From assembly GCF_003704095.1 (NCBI RefSeq), contig NW_020846500.1, forward strand, positions 248,001 through 312,000: a stretch of 64,000 nt of DNA, in the 5' to 3' direction. Under the pieces are notes generated by a model that was not told the origin of the DNA, did not search any database, and saw nothing but the letters and a program-made list of their open reading frames with translations. The position numbers and the translations under genes are program-made. This DNA is from Pocillopora damicornis. Taxonomy: Eukaryota. Shown piece by piece: positions 12,601 through 27,600 of the stretch; the stretch's first letter is position 1, and every line of letters starts with the position of its first letter.

Positions 12601-15600
12601 AGCTGCAAATATAATTTGTTTTACCAATAGAGTACGTGATTTAGCTCTGCAAAATGAAATGCTAATGTCTTTGAAATTTTATGATTTGTTTCTCAGTGTT
12701 CACAAATAAATGGGCTTACAGTCAGCCAGGTGAGGAAAATTGACTTCTGATTTAGTGATACTACTGTGCAAAGTAGTAACTAGTGCATGTATACTACAGT
12801 TTTTTTTTGTAGAATGCAAAGATTTTGCCATTGCCATGGTAACTAGTAAAACTTTGCCAACAAAAATTTACACAAATTACTAAAAAAGTAGGCAATTTGC
12901 TGATCTGATTGGACTTAGTATGGAAAATTTGATTGGTCAAGAGCAGAGTATTTTAATTAATTAGTATACAAAAGCATGTGAAGTTGACATATAATTCAAT
13001 ATTTGCAGCAGATATGCATTTGTCATTTGGTTTCTTCAAGATAATTTGAATGATCAAACCCCATGTCTTTGTCATCTGCCAAAGCTGAAGACTGAGGCAG
13101 ATAACTCAGACCCAGTTTTGCTATTACTCATGATATCATGCCTAACCTCATGCAACAGTTGCTTATTATAAGTGATGTAGAATTCTAAAAGCTTTGAACT
13201 GCAAATAATTATATAGGGCTTGGTAACTTTATTGAAACTATTCACTAGAAAGAAATACTTGGAATATCATTCTATGGTTGCAATATCCAAACATTACTGT
13301 ACAGGTATTACTCAGTGTGTATGGTTGTAACTTAAAGTGATATATTTTCATGAACTGTGATGTTCTCTTGGTAGGATCACTATATCAATGGTGAAGATCC
13401 ACTTTTTCATGAAATCAAGTCTCTTGAGGTGTGTGAGTCTGCTTCTATTTGAAAAATGTTTTGAACTGTGTAGCTCTTGCAGTTCAGCAATACATGTACT
13501 TTTTTTTGTCAAGTGGAGGGAATTTTCAGCAATTCTGCTTGTGTTATTTTAAATTTTCATGCTCATACTTTTATCAAAAAGTCAATTTCACCCAAATGCA
13601 ATTATTAAGTTGATTTGACTTTTGTTTTGTTTCATTCTTATTGTTTCTATTCCTATCACAATCATTACTCACGAATACTGTATTTGTGAATTTCTCTTAC
13701 TGGTGTTGTAGAATCATGTCGCAAGCAGTCATGTTGTATATCAATTTGTCACAAGTTGATAGGTTTTGTTTGTTCAGGACATTATTGATTTTAACTTAAT
13801 TTAATGGTTTTGCATCATCATCAAATAACCTGTATATATATGTGTGATTTTTCCGACACATGTTGTTTAGTTGATTTGCAAGTTAAGAGTTGTAAGTATC
13901 TGCAATTCAATTAAGGGATAGTTTATTCAATCAGTACACTATTGTCCAGTTTATAAAAGGTGCGATATTTGAGGGTAGGTTTTGCTGTTTGATGAACAGA
14001 CTTTATATACTTCTTAGTACCATTCATTTTTTTTTCTACATGGGTGACTTCAACCCCATACTAGCTTAAAACTTATAAAGTCAATGTGTGTACTGTGGTT
14101 CTTCATGTTCAGGTGTACTGTATTAATTAGAAATTTTTCTCTTACTGGTCAACAAGTTTTTGAAATAGGTAGTTACTTTATCTTTGTACTGTAGGATAAT
14201 GATGATTAAAATTTCAAAAGCAACCTACTTTTAGTTCAAAGGAAAGTTGTTTACATGTATTGCAACACCTCTTTCTCTTGTGATTTTCAGAGTAGAAACC
14301 ATGAGCTTGAAGATAGAGTACAGTCTTATAAGAGATCCAATGAACAACTAAACAGTCAAGTTAACGAACAGGTAACTTGTACATATTAAAATATCTGTTG
14401 AGATGCAGCAATTGAAGAAATTGCACCATGAAAAATTTGTAATGATTTTATTCAAAAGTGAGCTACAAGTCTCGTTGAAATGGTTCAAATTGTACTGTAC
14501 ATAAAAGTGTTAGAGTAAACAAGTAGTTCAGCATTCCTTAAACATTTCTAGGGTTTTATTTGTTTCGTTTGATTTACTCTTACATTTGTTTTTCCCTTTC
14601 ATATTGTTTTATTTTTTATATCCTTATTGTATTGCAGAGAAGACAAATAATACAGTTTCAGGAACAGATAAAACGAGTAAGAGTATCAAAAATTAAATTT
14701 TTAAAGTTAATGATATAATACCTGTGGATATATGTGCAGTTATACATAAACTATTTGATTACTGAGTGGCCATGATCTGTGTGCTTGATGTACAATACTA
14801 AATTTATAGTTAAATGCAATGATGGATAAGGTAATCAGTGTGTATAACAAAGCAAAGCATGATTCTTTGCCTTCTATTTCTTTTCTTCTGGGATGTATTA
14901 CTTTTGGATTTACTGATTTACATGTACACGCTGTATCCTGCTCTTACACATGTACTGCAACAACCTTTTCCAGAAATTGTTTTCGCAGCCAGCCATATGC
15001 ATGAACAAATGGTAACTGGATAGGTTTAAATTTATTTCTGATCAAGATAGGTACTTTTGTTATTGCTTTGATAAATCAAAGTAGTCTATAGTATTGAAAC
15101 AAGTGGTCATGGAAAATGCCGACCATCTGTGTCTCTGGAGAACACTGCTTAAATTAAAAAAAAAAAAAAAAAAAGAAAACTGTGAATTTCATGTACTTGT
15201 AGCTGTTAAAAATTTTAGGCATGATCCATATCAACTTTCCTTTAGGAAAGAACAGAGTTGGCAAACAAACAGCTTTTGGAACAGAGGTCACTGAAAGAAC
15301 AGCTTGAGGTGAGAATTGAAGAAATACATGTATATGACTATCATTTTAACATGTAAAATAAATAAATATTAAAAAAAACTGAAGAAATCTATAAACTATT
15401 TTTAATTATTGCTGTGAAATATTGTGCATGAAGATGTTTCTCTTAGCAACAGATATGGCCATTGAAATATGCTCCTGATAAGAGGTATCAAAGCCAGATG
15501 TAGATGGTCATTAGCCTTTGCTTCTATCTGTAAAATTAATAGCTTCTACATGTCTATGCCTGATCATTATAAGCAATTATGGAAGAGATATAGTGTATGT

Positions 15601-18600
15601 TGGTTTCTGAATCCGTTCTTATATTTTGTCAACCTCTGTTATTGTCATATCCTCTTAAACGTTGAAATTTCAAAGTACAACCTACTGAAGTGATTATCAG
15701 AGGATTGCTTTTGGATGAAAATCCTTCAATGTGTAGATTCTGTTTTGAATTTGTTGATTAGTAAATAGTTTGTGATCATTTTTTTGTTGTTGTATTTTTG
15801 TACAGTATTTTTAAAGCTGTGCTCTTGTTTTCATCCAGGTTCATATTCAGACGATAGGTATTCTAGTGGGAGAGAAACAAGAGCTTCAGAGCTCTGTGTC
15901 ACAACTGCAGAGGAAATATGAAATCAAACAAAGTAGGTTGCTTGTGATTACACTGAATAGAGATGATAATTGTAAACTTGAATGTAACTTAGGCCTGTGC
16001 CACAGGACTTGATGCTGTATTTTCAAATGCACATGCATAATTTCCAGCTTTGTGCACTTTGCTCCCAATGATTGTTCACTTTCAAGATGGTGAAAGGTGA
16101 TTAGAAATTATTTTGCATATTGTGGAGGGATCTCCAGGTTTGGTTTGTTAAATAAATTGGTTATGTAGAGTGACATGCATACTAAGTGTATGTGTCTATA
16201 GTAAAACGCAGCATGTTCTGTTTGGATCCAATGATGACTTTCAATTCACTGACAGCTGCATGTTAGGAACGCACTTAAGTATACATAAAGTTGTCATTCT
16301 TGTGGTTCTTCTCTTCTGCCTTATCTTTAACTCACTGTCCAAACTTCTTGTTTTTCTTTCCTATTTTTTATTTTTCTGCCTTGCTAAGTGTGTCATCTGG
16401 TGGTGTGGATGATGGTAGTCCTTAACCCTTTCACTTCCAAGATCTCATCAGTAATTCTCCTTAAAGTCTGCTATACAGTTATTTTATTGTTGCTTCAGAG
16501 ATTTGGCATTGGATCAACCAATAATCTCCTAATTGATATTTTTCTTTATTCTCATCACTCTTCTACTTGATATTGTATTGATGTTGTAAGGAGAAATTCT
16601 GTCCACTCATGGGAGTTAAGGGTGAAAAGACTATTGAAAGTGAACAAGACCATTTATTTTTTTTACAATCTCAGTGGAGATCATTGTCAGAGTTAAGGAA
16701 GTAATTGTCTGGCATTCAAATGCAGCAACCAATCACCACCAGCACATGCTGCCCAAGTCTTGCAGTCAGTAACATAAATGATTATTGAACTGTTAGTTTG
16801 TTTGACTTGGGATAGCACCATGTTTCAACTGCTATACTGCTAGTCATAGTCAGTGTAGGAATTCATAGATTTTGGGTCACTATTTACGTGACACGCTGTC
16901 ATTGGTTTGTTTCCAATTGTCATCATCATCCTAACATGTTCCAATGAGCTGATTTTGTTCCCTCATAACATCATGGCCAAACTAACAAACTCAATTTTGA
17001 CAAAACCAATTTTATAGCAGTTGAGATACCAGAAATCTTCATTATAATCTGAATTAGTTTGCAATACATGGAGTACTGTCACAGGAAACAAAATTTTAAG
17101 GACTACCATTACATTACTGGATAATTAGCATAATCAGGCTGTAAATTCAACTGTTTCTCCTTGGCTTAGAACATTTACTTCATTTGATTTTTGATTTTCT
17201 ACTGTTGATTCAATCAAAGCCTTTTTTCTTCATTCCATGTCAGGTGAAAACACAGAACTAACAAGCAGGTTACAAACTGTTCGACAAAAAGCAGCTGAGC
17301 TTGAGAAAAATCTAGCAAATATCACTGCAACCTGTGAAAAGTATGAAGATGTAAGTTTATCCACTTTAAAATGTATCAGTTTTTTGTTTTATCCTTCAAT
17401 ATAACCATATAGCCAGATTAATTATGTTTCTGATACACTGTACTCTGCAACCTAACCAAGCCTTGTTTGCAATAGTTCATTGTATGACCTAAACAGTCCT
17501 GATGCACTTTTATTGAAGGATAAAAGTTCATTGTATGACCTAAACAGTCCTGATGCACTTTTATTGAAGGACATCTCAGAAAGACCTTAGTATAAAGGAC
17601 TTATGCAATGTGGTAGACTGGTCCAGAAATAGTTACATGCTGCAGATTGCAGCTCATTGGAATGCAAGTTGTGCACTGATATGAAATCTTGAATGATTGT
17701 TGGTTTGTGGGTGAGAATGGGGTCATATTATTGGATCTTTGAAGAAAAAAACAGGGAAATTACTTGTAACTAGCTCAACCATTGTAGGATGGGAAACATG
17801 CAAGAAGAAAGGAAGAAAAAGAAAGAAAAGCACTCATATGTTAACATTTGCAACTTTGCAAAATTTGTTATGGCTCCACCAAAGTATTCCTGTAATCAAG
17901 CAATCATATTTTCTAACAGGATGTGAAGCAACTTCGGCAAGAAAGAGATAAATATCAGACAGCTAATTACACGCAAAAGTAAGTTTCCCTATGACTAATT
18001 TGTACGTGGAGGTTTGTTATGCATGATGTTACTTCACAGTCCTACTAAAAAGATAGACATGATTCCATAGATGTTGGTTTTCCATGCGTAGCATCTGCAT
18101 AACAGGGTAGTATGATGTTCCAGAAAATACTGTTAGGCTTGATATTATATTTTAATGTAACACTCACCTCCAGAAAACTTCTTTAAATAAACTACAGATA
18201 ATTTAGATAATTTTTCTTTGAGTTTCATGTCTACATAATGATATAATCATATTATTTACTTTTCCACATATTGAAAAAATGTAAGCCTCTTTACTTCTTA
18301 TATTCTCCTTTTCCTATCCTTGTGATTGCTGAATTATTTTATGAAACCCCACCTTAGACTTGTGTTATTTTTTTTTTTTTTGCACTTTGCAATTTTCTCT
18401 TTCTTGGGGTGTTTGAATATTTTTATGAACTGCACTGATTTATGGACTTCCACTAATTTATTGTTTGTATGCTCTGGGGTGTTTCTGGTTTCAGTCAAGA
18501 AAAGGAAGAACTTTTACAACAAAATGCTGAGCTTAGAGTGAAGTTAGAATCCAAGGTTTGTCCCAAGGCAGCATTGTGAACTACAGTAATAAACCCATTC

Positions 18601-21600
18601 AACTTGACACATCGCTACATTACACACTATAACAGATCATAGAGTAAAAATATTTTGTCACTTAAAACTTGAACAACAACTCTCAGTCCCGCAAGTTTCA
18701 AGTTTAAAGAGGCTCAAAACTGTGAGAGGAGCAAACAAATCAAAGTTTAGCTCTTCTATCATATGTTCAGGAATTTTCTCTTTGATGTTACAAGTGCATT
18801 TACTTAAAAGATTGCAACTTTTAAAGTCTTTTATTGGAACACATTATGTCTTGCTGATCCAGACACTTACATTCATTTACATGTTTGTTTCTCTGTAGAC
18901 TCCTAGACATGTTCTCGTGATTTCGATATCAGTTCTCTTTGCTGTTTTTCATACTTTATCACTGTTGCTCTGAAAATTTTACATGAAAGGACTATTCCAT
19001 AGTTCACATTTTCTTTCATCCTATCACCTTTCTGTTCAAAATTGTATTGATATTATAAAGAGAAATTATGTGTAATTTATTGAATGCTCCTGAGAGTGAA
19101 AAAGTAAACCCCTTCACTCCCAAGATTGACCAAACAAGGGAATGACTAATGAGGAGCTTCTCTTTACATTATCAATACCTTTCAAGCAGAAAGGTGTTGA
19201 GAAGAAAGAAAAAGATCAGTTAGGAATATTTTTAGGCTTAATTTCCTCCACAATTTCCTCCACAATTTCCTCCACGATTTCCTCCACGATTTCCTCCACA
19301 ATTTCCTCCACAATTTCCTCCACAATTTCCTCCACAATTTCCTCCACAATTTCCTCCACAATTTCCTCCACAATTTCCTCCACAATTTCCTCCAGTGTCC
19401 AGTATTTACTCGAAGGGAGGAGCACAGGCTCATATTCCCAAACAGTGACTGGTAATCAAGCCTGGGATATTGTTTGATTTAGCAAAAGCAAAATTTATGA
19501 AAAATAGATGACAGACAGTGCTGGGAATGAACATTTATTACATCCATTTTGAAATCACTGGTGATCCTTGTTATCTGCTTGGCTCTCATTGGTTTTTTGC
19601 AAACCGCACCATTTTTTTGCTATAAATTGCATTTTTTTCCTGGTCAACTAGGAAGCTTCACTGAGATGGAACAACCAATTGCTTGTTTAAAGACACCAAT
19701 GAAACTGCAGGAAAATGAAAAACAACTTTGCTTTCAAATTTCTACAAATCAGCTCACTACTGGATCAACAAAATATTTGTATAGACTAGGAAATCCAGTA
19801 TCTGAGCCACTGAATTTTGTGATGAAATAAACTAGTAATTGAACTTTGAGCCATGCGATTTTGGTCTCAAATCATACTTGTGATTTCAAATCAAACTCAT
19901 GCTGCGCACTTGTTTGATTTTTAAATAACGCATATCATTTTGGGCTAAATTGTACTCCACTCAATTACATTATTAATCTTAGGTTTGAAAGGGTTAATAA
20001 GGCTAGCAAAATAAAAACTCTTTGGTAAATGAGGTATTCATTATTTTGTTTTAATCTCAACCTTCTAGGTTTCTGAGTGTGAAGATTTGAGCAAGACTGA
20101 ATCAGAATTATCATTTAAGTTGAAACAGGCTCAACTTGTGGTTCAGCAGGTTTGTCCTCTCAATTTCTCACATTGATTAATTTTTTCACTCCAAGATGGC
20201 AATATCATTTCTCCTAACTGTCTGCCTGGCATTCCTTATCCTTCTGACCCTCAAGAGTGACCAGCATCTAATTTCTCCTTACAATATCTCCCTAGAATCG
20301 CACATCAAAGTTATGAGAATAAAGGAAATGATCATGAACTAAAGAAACTCTTGATTGCAAGACAATTTCTCCTTGTCAGTACTATTGGAAATGTATAAAG
20401 AACAGTATGAAGAATATGCATACTGATTTTAAGGACCTGAGGATTGATATTTTAGCTCTGAGAATTTGGTGTGAATTCTGTTACTCCCATGATGTCACTA
20501 GTACTTCTCCTCACTATCTGCCAAACAATTCCCCAGGTGTCAGTTTGGAGAATTAGGTATTGGATCAAGTAATAATTTCCTAATTTGTATTCTTCTTAAT
20601 TCTCATCATATTATATTGTAAGAGGAAATTCTGTCTTGGTTACTCATGGGAGTTGAAAGGTCAATCTTTTCATTGTACACTCTGAAGTTAGTTCATTCTA
20701 CTCGAAAACTTTTACATTAGCTACCAATGTAATTTTGTTTTTCAATACAGTATATATAAATTTTTTTTCTTTTTTAAACTGCCATTTGCTAGAGGGGGTG
20801 ACCGATCATTTAACTTTGCCTTTGTCCCTTTTGTAAAGCTTTCAGGAGAGCCAAACTCTTCAGCAAGCCACCAGTTAATTGAGCAATTACAAAGCGAGAA
20901 AACCGAACTTGTGAGTAGATTAGAACAGGTAAGCTGCACTGTATATTAGTTCATTTTCAGTTGGTCGAATAAAGGAATAGTACAAACTAGATAATATTTT
21001 GATGCTTAAAATCACTACTTCTGCAAAATATTAAGATGTAGGATACCATCAACAGCAAAAAAAAATTGTGGTATTTACTGTACTGGAACCAAGAAAAATT
21101 GTTGTGGGCCAGATATGGGGATGTTATTCTGACTATTGTATATTTTTTCCCTTGTCATCAAAGGTTAATAGTACTGTACAAAGAATTGCAACAGATAAAG
21201 GAGAACTCCTACAACAGCACGCAGAAGAAGTAGACCAGTATGAGAGAAAGTTAAGAGCCTTGACAGATGAGGTCAGTTTAGTTGCTTTGAAAACATTTAC
21301 TTCACTCTTTATTTACTCCTAAATTTCGAAGAAGTACTTTTATAGCAGACGTATTTACATGTAGGTTCTGGAGAGAGCATTTTCTAACCTAATGACGATT
21401 TTATCGGGAATTTGCATCACGTTACCGCTCAAGAGTAAGTTAACATAACCACGAAACTTGATCCTCCTAAACGTCGCGGATCAAGGCCCAAGTCGAGTTT
21501 CGAGACGTTCGAGTCGAGTGTCCGGATGCTCATGACGAGTTTCGAGACACTCGAAAAGAGGAAACAAAGGAATTTTCGCGTGATTAATTTTTCACTGGAC

Positions 21601-24600
21601 TTGAAGCTTCTTACCTTTAGTCGTATTCACGGGATGAAAATCCTAACAGCGTGCATCGTTGCCGGTCCGGCGAAACTTTTCCCGAACAAGTTGTGATAGT
21701 TTTGACAATAAACTCGTAAATTCTTATTTTTACTCTTCGTGGTCTCGCCTAATTATTGTTAATATTTTGCCGCGTCGAAGAGCATCGCTGCCACTCGGCC
21801 ATGTCAGAAATTTCCTTTATTAACAAATCTCCCGTTTTTTCTCACTGCGCTCTTTGTTTGGTATTGGAAACTCTTGTCACCCTTTTAACCAGGCAGATGC
21901 AAAACCTTCCCCATCCAGACTTGCTTTTCTTACTTTCTCGGTTTGCTGCCGTAGATACAACTTTGCTTTCAATAATATTGGCTACGTGTGAATTTTAACT
22001 CTGTTTTGATTGGCTCTTGTAATTGTTTTGGTTTTAGTTTCCCAGTATTCAATCGTAAATTTATCGAAAGCTTATTACCTAAAAGTAATAACTCTAATAA
22101 TTTCAAGGCTGCACACTTTTCACGAATCAACGTTAAAGGGAAATGATTCCTTCAAAAAGGGTGGCCCTCGTCTTCCTTTAATTTTGTGTGATCTAGTGTT
22201 ATTAACGCCGCGGTCAAACGTCTGCGCATATACGAACGTTGTAATGACTAGGTGGCGCGCTTTCAGGCCGTCAGAATCAAGTTGTCTTGCACGAGTTACA
22301 AACAACTACACAAGCCAGTAAGTCACGGTGTTTTCAAAGCTTATAACCTTTTTGCCAAAGCCCAAAACAGACTTTTAAATCAACAGGATACCCGTACTTG
22401 AATAAGCTTTGTTTTTGAAAAGTTTCGAGTTTTCCTTTTCCCTGCTTTTATTTCCTTTTACAGATATCGATGAAAATTTCAATTTACTTTCGCTTATTTA
22501 GCGAGACAGCGGTTATTTCTTACGTTTCCTTAGAAATTTGGCGCGGGAAATTTTGGGCGCGCGGGCGCCCAAAATTATGTACATGATCAATGTTTGACCG
22601 CTGTGTTGCTCTGCCTCAGCAGACACTGCAAGTGAACCGCAGACTGACAAATGCAGGCGCTACTCCATTGTCTTCCCAGACAGACGGATGCTAACAAGTA
22701 TGAACATGCGCATAGCTTATGATAACTTTGCTTTTTTTATTTTTATTTTGAAGGTGGAGTCACATGACAGGGAAAAGAGGTTTTTGATTGCGAAGGAGAG
22801 TGAACTTCAAGATGCAGTGCAGAGTTTACAGAAGGAATTGGGTCAGTACGAGTGCAGTGGGTGAAGTTCATTTACCTACATGTACACCGTTATTTTGAAA
22901 GAATTTCAAATCACATTCGTTGACAGTTCGTCCCTTAACGAATACTTCAAAAATTCTATTGTGTTCACAATTCAGTTTTAAACTTACGTTCATGCGCTCC
23001 CTCTTCTTGTTATACGCAGCTGATCTGCGAGACAAGGAAGCAAGTCAGCAAGTAGAATCAACACAGCTTGCTGCAGCAGAGATTGAGAGATTAGCGGAGG
23101 ATAAACAGAGGCTGGCTGAACACTTACAGCAAGAGGTACATGCATTGCCTCACTTTTTTAACCCAGTTTTTTTTTCTTTTTTGTGCCATAGCAATTCCCT
23201 GATATTTTCTCATTATTCAGACTCATTAATGTTTCCGTTTTGACATGCATCAACCTCACTAGGCGATACCCATTTCCAAGTCAAAACCATTTGTGTAATA
23301 CCGCTGTTTCAAATGACTCATTTGTTACATTAACTTACACAGACCAACAGAATAAACTGACCTTGTCGAGAGATTGAAGCTGACTACTCACAACCGAACT
23401 TCGCTGTTTAAGTCTTACAGTCTTACAACCAATAACAGAACAGCAAAACTGACTAATCAGTTTCAACGAATCAGACTTCAAACAAATGAGTGACAACAAC
23501 TTATTACTTGATCCTGGTAATGATTCCTGCTCAGGTTGGAGAAATGCCACTTTGTCAGTCACAGTCTTTTCTAAGGGTTACGCCCACCCTAATAATCACT
23601 CCATGCGATCGATGACCAGTGTTTTCTTTTTCCATACAAATGTATGAATCTTCCACACTGTCTTATCGTCCTTACGTGCTGTTTTCATCAGATCTTTTAG
23701 CACATTATTACAAAGGTTTTTTTTAGATGCATGCATTTCTATGTCTCTTTATAGGGTAAAGAAAATTTAAGACTCGTAAGGTAAGTGTTGTAATGCAATG
23801 TACCATCGTGCTGTATTTAAATGTCTCTGTGCATGAAGAGAACTTCAGGTCTTGACAGTGCATGCAATTCCTAACGGGAAGTAGCCTGGGGACTAGTCAT
23901 CTTGCGAGGGTCCGAGGAACTTTTTTTTTTTGAAGGGGGAGGGAGGGTGACCACATGGTTTTCAGGGGGGGTCAAAAGGATACTGTCATTTTACTCATAG
24001 AAGACATCTTGTTGCCACTGCGCTCCTCAACAGCAGTCGATCTTTCAAGTTCTATACGCATCACTGAAATGAGTTTTTCGCTTCCGTCTAACACGTTGCG
24101 GAAAGGAAACATGTTCTGTGACTTTTAGGGTTCAACAGATCATACTTCGGAGTTGTTGGTGGCTCTCGGTCTTGAAGTTTGTCGGTCGTGGAAAAAGGCG
24201 CATTGAACATTGTTGATTTATTTATGCCTTCCTTAGGGAGCAGGAGAAATATCTACTGAGAATACAGGAGCTAGAGACAGCCGTAGCCCGCCTGGGTGAG
24301 GAGTCTATTGATAAAGCTACTCTCCTGGACAGTGTTCAGAGTGACAAGGAGACTATCAGCAGGTCAGAAAACCTCATTTTTTTATTTCCCCTTTCACTCC
24401 CAAGATTTCCTTTCTGTCTGCCATACAATTCTCATGATGTTAGTTCGGAGAATTTGGCATCGGATCAACTTATAATCCCCTAATTGATATTTCTCTGCAT
24501 TCTTAGCACTTGTCTGCTTGAAATTCATTTTGTTAGTTTCTCAGCAAGAGAATAAGTGGCAGTAAATGGTCTAAAAAGCGGGCACTCGACACCAGCTAAA

Positions 24601-27600
24601 CTATGTGAGAAAATCCAGTTTGAAATTGTTGATATTTACATCAGTACCTATGACTAATGATTAAGTTTATGAACCCCCTCCCTATTTAGGTCTAAATGCC
24701 TTGAGTGTCAAGTTCAAAATCGCGTTTTCTCGGATAATTAATTATTATTCACCACTTTTACCACAAATTTCATGCTGCAGCTATTTGTTCGTGTTCTTTA
24801 CAGGGCTTTGAAACAGAATAAAGATTTAAAGACCAAGACGGAAGAATTGGAAGAGAGATTTATAAAAATGGTATGTATTTGTATAATGCTTAAAGTCATT
24901 AAATAGTTCTTTTAACCTTTGGTTTCCTCATACCTTCTTAAATATGAACTAAATCCCCCATTCGTTTCGCTTTTTTCTACTTTTGTCACTCCATGACAGC
25001 TTTTTCTACTAAATATATGCCGCCTGTCATGAGGATGTGATCATTTTTTCAAGCGGTAGTCTTTGCACAGCCTTTTTGCCTTTTGTCTCCCCTTTAACCC
25101 TTTAACTCCCATGAGTGACCAAGACTGAATTTCTCCTTACAATATCAATACAATATGAAGCAGACAAGTGATGAGAATGTAGAAAAATATCAATTAGGGG
25201 ATTGTAAGTTGATCCATATACCAAATTCTCCAAACTTACATCAGAAGAACTGTGTGACAGACAGTAAAGAGTCTTGGGAGGTAAAGGGTTGCTTGGTAAT
25301 CAAGTACACCAGAGCGCGCTGAGCATAAGCTGAAAAAGCATAAAGGCGAACAGACTTGAACCTGAACTTGTATAAACTTGTTGGTTGACAGAGTCAAGAA
25401 AACATGGAGCTCACAACACGTTTGGAAACTGAGCAACATATGGCTAAGGAACTCGCAACAAAACTGAGCGATATGGGAGTTGAACTGGAAGAGTCCAAAC
25501 AAATGGTGGGTGTCGTTAGGATCCAGTAGTAAGGGAAGGAAAGAGAATTAGCGAGACTATAGAGCTCTTTTTGTTTTGTGAGGCGAATGAACCGCTGTTT
25601 ACACAAGACGCGGCCTGAATGAGACGCGAATGTTAATATATGTAAATGGTATATTTTGACTTGTACAAGCTGCTGTTACAATCAATGTTTCAGTACATGA
25701 GGAGATCTGTCCTTGGTAGACACTAGCGATATTGTGTGCATGTACTGAAAATGTTCAGAACACTATTAGAACAAATTATAGCCAGGAAAAAACATTATCT
25801 TTTATAAAAAAAACTTGAGATTCGCCTACTTCACAAATCGCTTATTGATTCTTCTGTTGTATGTAGCTCCTTGTGAGGAATTCTGAGGTTCAATCACTTA
25901 CAGAAGAACTGCAAACTGCTAACAACAACCTTAGAGAAGAGGTTAGTGAGTCTGCTCCATTGCATTGGCCATCTTTTTTAATGGTACAGCTCATCCGCCA
26001 TTTCGTCTTCCTTAACAGGTAATCAAAGGAGAGAGTGTGATATCTTCACTCCGAGATGAACTTGATGTATCGTCACAAACGTTCCTTGATCAGGTTTGTA
26101 ACGCTTTGCCACAATTCAAGAGTAACCTACCTATGTGAAAATTATCTTCAAGACTTCGACTACTGCCGCTGCCATTTTGAATCCTGCTTAGCAGCTTAGC
26201 AACCTGGCCCTTGTGACGTATTTTATGGCTGATTCCGCCTTTTTTCCATCTTTGGCGATCTACTTGAACAACGAGGAGCTACAACATATGCATTCTTGAC
26301 ACAGATAATTAGTTTTCGCGATAAACAGACAGCAGCTATTTGTGAATTGCACATCGTGGCTCCCACCTTTAAAATTGTCGAACATCGTGTGTGTGTTAAC
26401 AAACCCTACTATTATGGAATCGTTTTTCTATGAATTTGGACACGTTCTGTGTTGCTAGAAATCGTTTCGTCAAACCTTTTAAAAGTACATTAAAGATTTA
26501 CTAAAGATCTTCGTAGCCAGGCTAAGCCACGTACTGTTTGATACAAATTCTCGTGGTTTTTTTTCCTTGGACTTACGGTCTAAGGGGGAAGCAATGAGGA
26601 AGAATTCGTTCCGGAACGTACTCTACGGAATTCCAACACGATTGTTGAGAGCTTATCTTATTTTCTTTCTCAAGATGACTCACCACTTCATTTAACTGAA
26701 CCTAATCAGTAACGGGAGTTTGTTGGTACAATCACAGCGATGATGAAAAATCTTTAAAAATATTGACCTTGATTACAAGATTATACGCTATCCTGAGCTG
26801 TGGTAATTTCTGTCAACTCCTGTGTTGTGTATTGCCGTTCCCCTCGGTTACACTTCCTCATGACGATGTGAGGCGGTCCCTTCTAGCAGAACTAACTTGA
26901 TTTGATTTGGCTCGAGCCATTTCAAATACTTGACTTAAATCGCGTTCAAAGCAGAAGTTGGTGCTCAGTGAATTATGTCATGTCATACCCATATGATTGC
27001 CCCTTAAATGTTTACATTAATATTCACAGATCAAGCAGAAGGACTTTGAAATTTCCGCTATTCGTGGAGAAATCGATAGATCATCAGAGCCACTCAGAGA
27101 ACAGGTAACTCTCTTTTACTATAATATTCCTCTCTCTCGTTGATCAGGTGAAATATTCTCATAACCCACACGGTTCAAGGTATAGGAATACTAAGAAAAG
27201 GAATAACTTGTAACTCCAGCTCGCAGCGGTAAAGGAGAAATAGTTTCGTTTGATGTGTGGAGCATTATAACAACGTTTGTTGCAAAATACTTAATTGACG
27301 TTCTCCTTCTCAGTAACTTTATTTGGTACCTGAGTTTAAAAAGGATATAACATCTAGAGTGTGGTTTATCAGTGAGAAAATAATATTAGGGGTAACAAAG
27401 AATTGTTCCTTCTTGCTTGTAGCTGGCCAAGAAAGAGTTTGAATTGGCCACTCTTAAGGAGGAGCTAAGCCAATCAGAGGCGAGGCTGACTGAACAGGTA
27501 CGTCGTGTTACAGCACATTTTATGCCTCAAGGCATCTGAAATTAGTAACGCACTTAAAAAATAAATAAAAACCCAGTTTGCCTAGCCTATTGTTCAGGCG

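Noticed and set aside
17474-17571. Possible C/D snoRNA (ATGA..CTGA) in the 51-bp duplication
   Set aside because: No proper RUGAUGA C box or terminal stem; a simple duplication explains it.
19142-19477. ORFs encoding (ISST)n, (IVEE)n or (WRKL)n
   Set aside because: By-products of a stop-free 12-bp minisatellite in a GOLGA2 intron; near-identical units show no codon-level divergence. Not a CRISPR array (no spacers).
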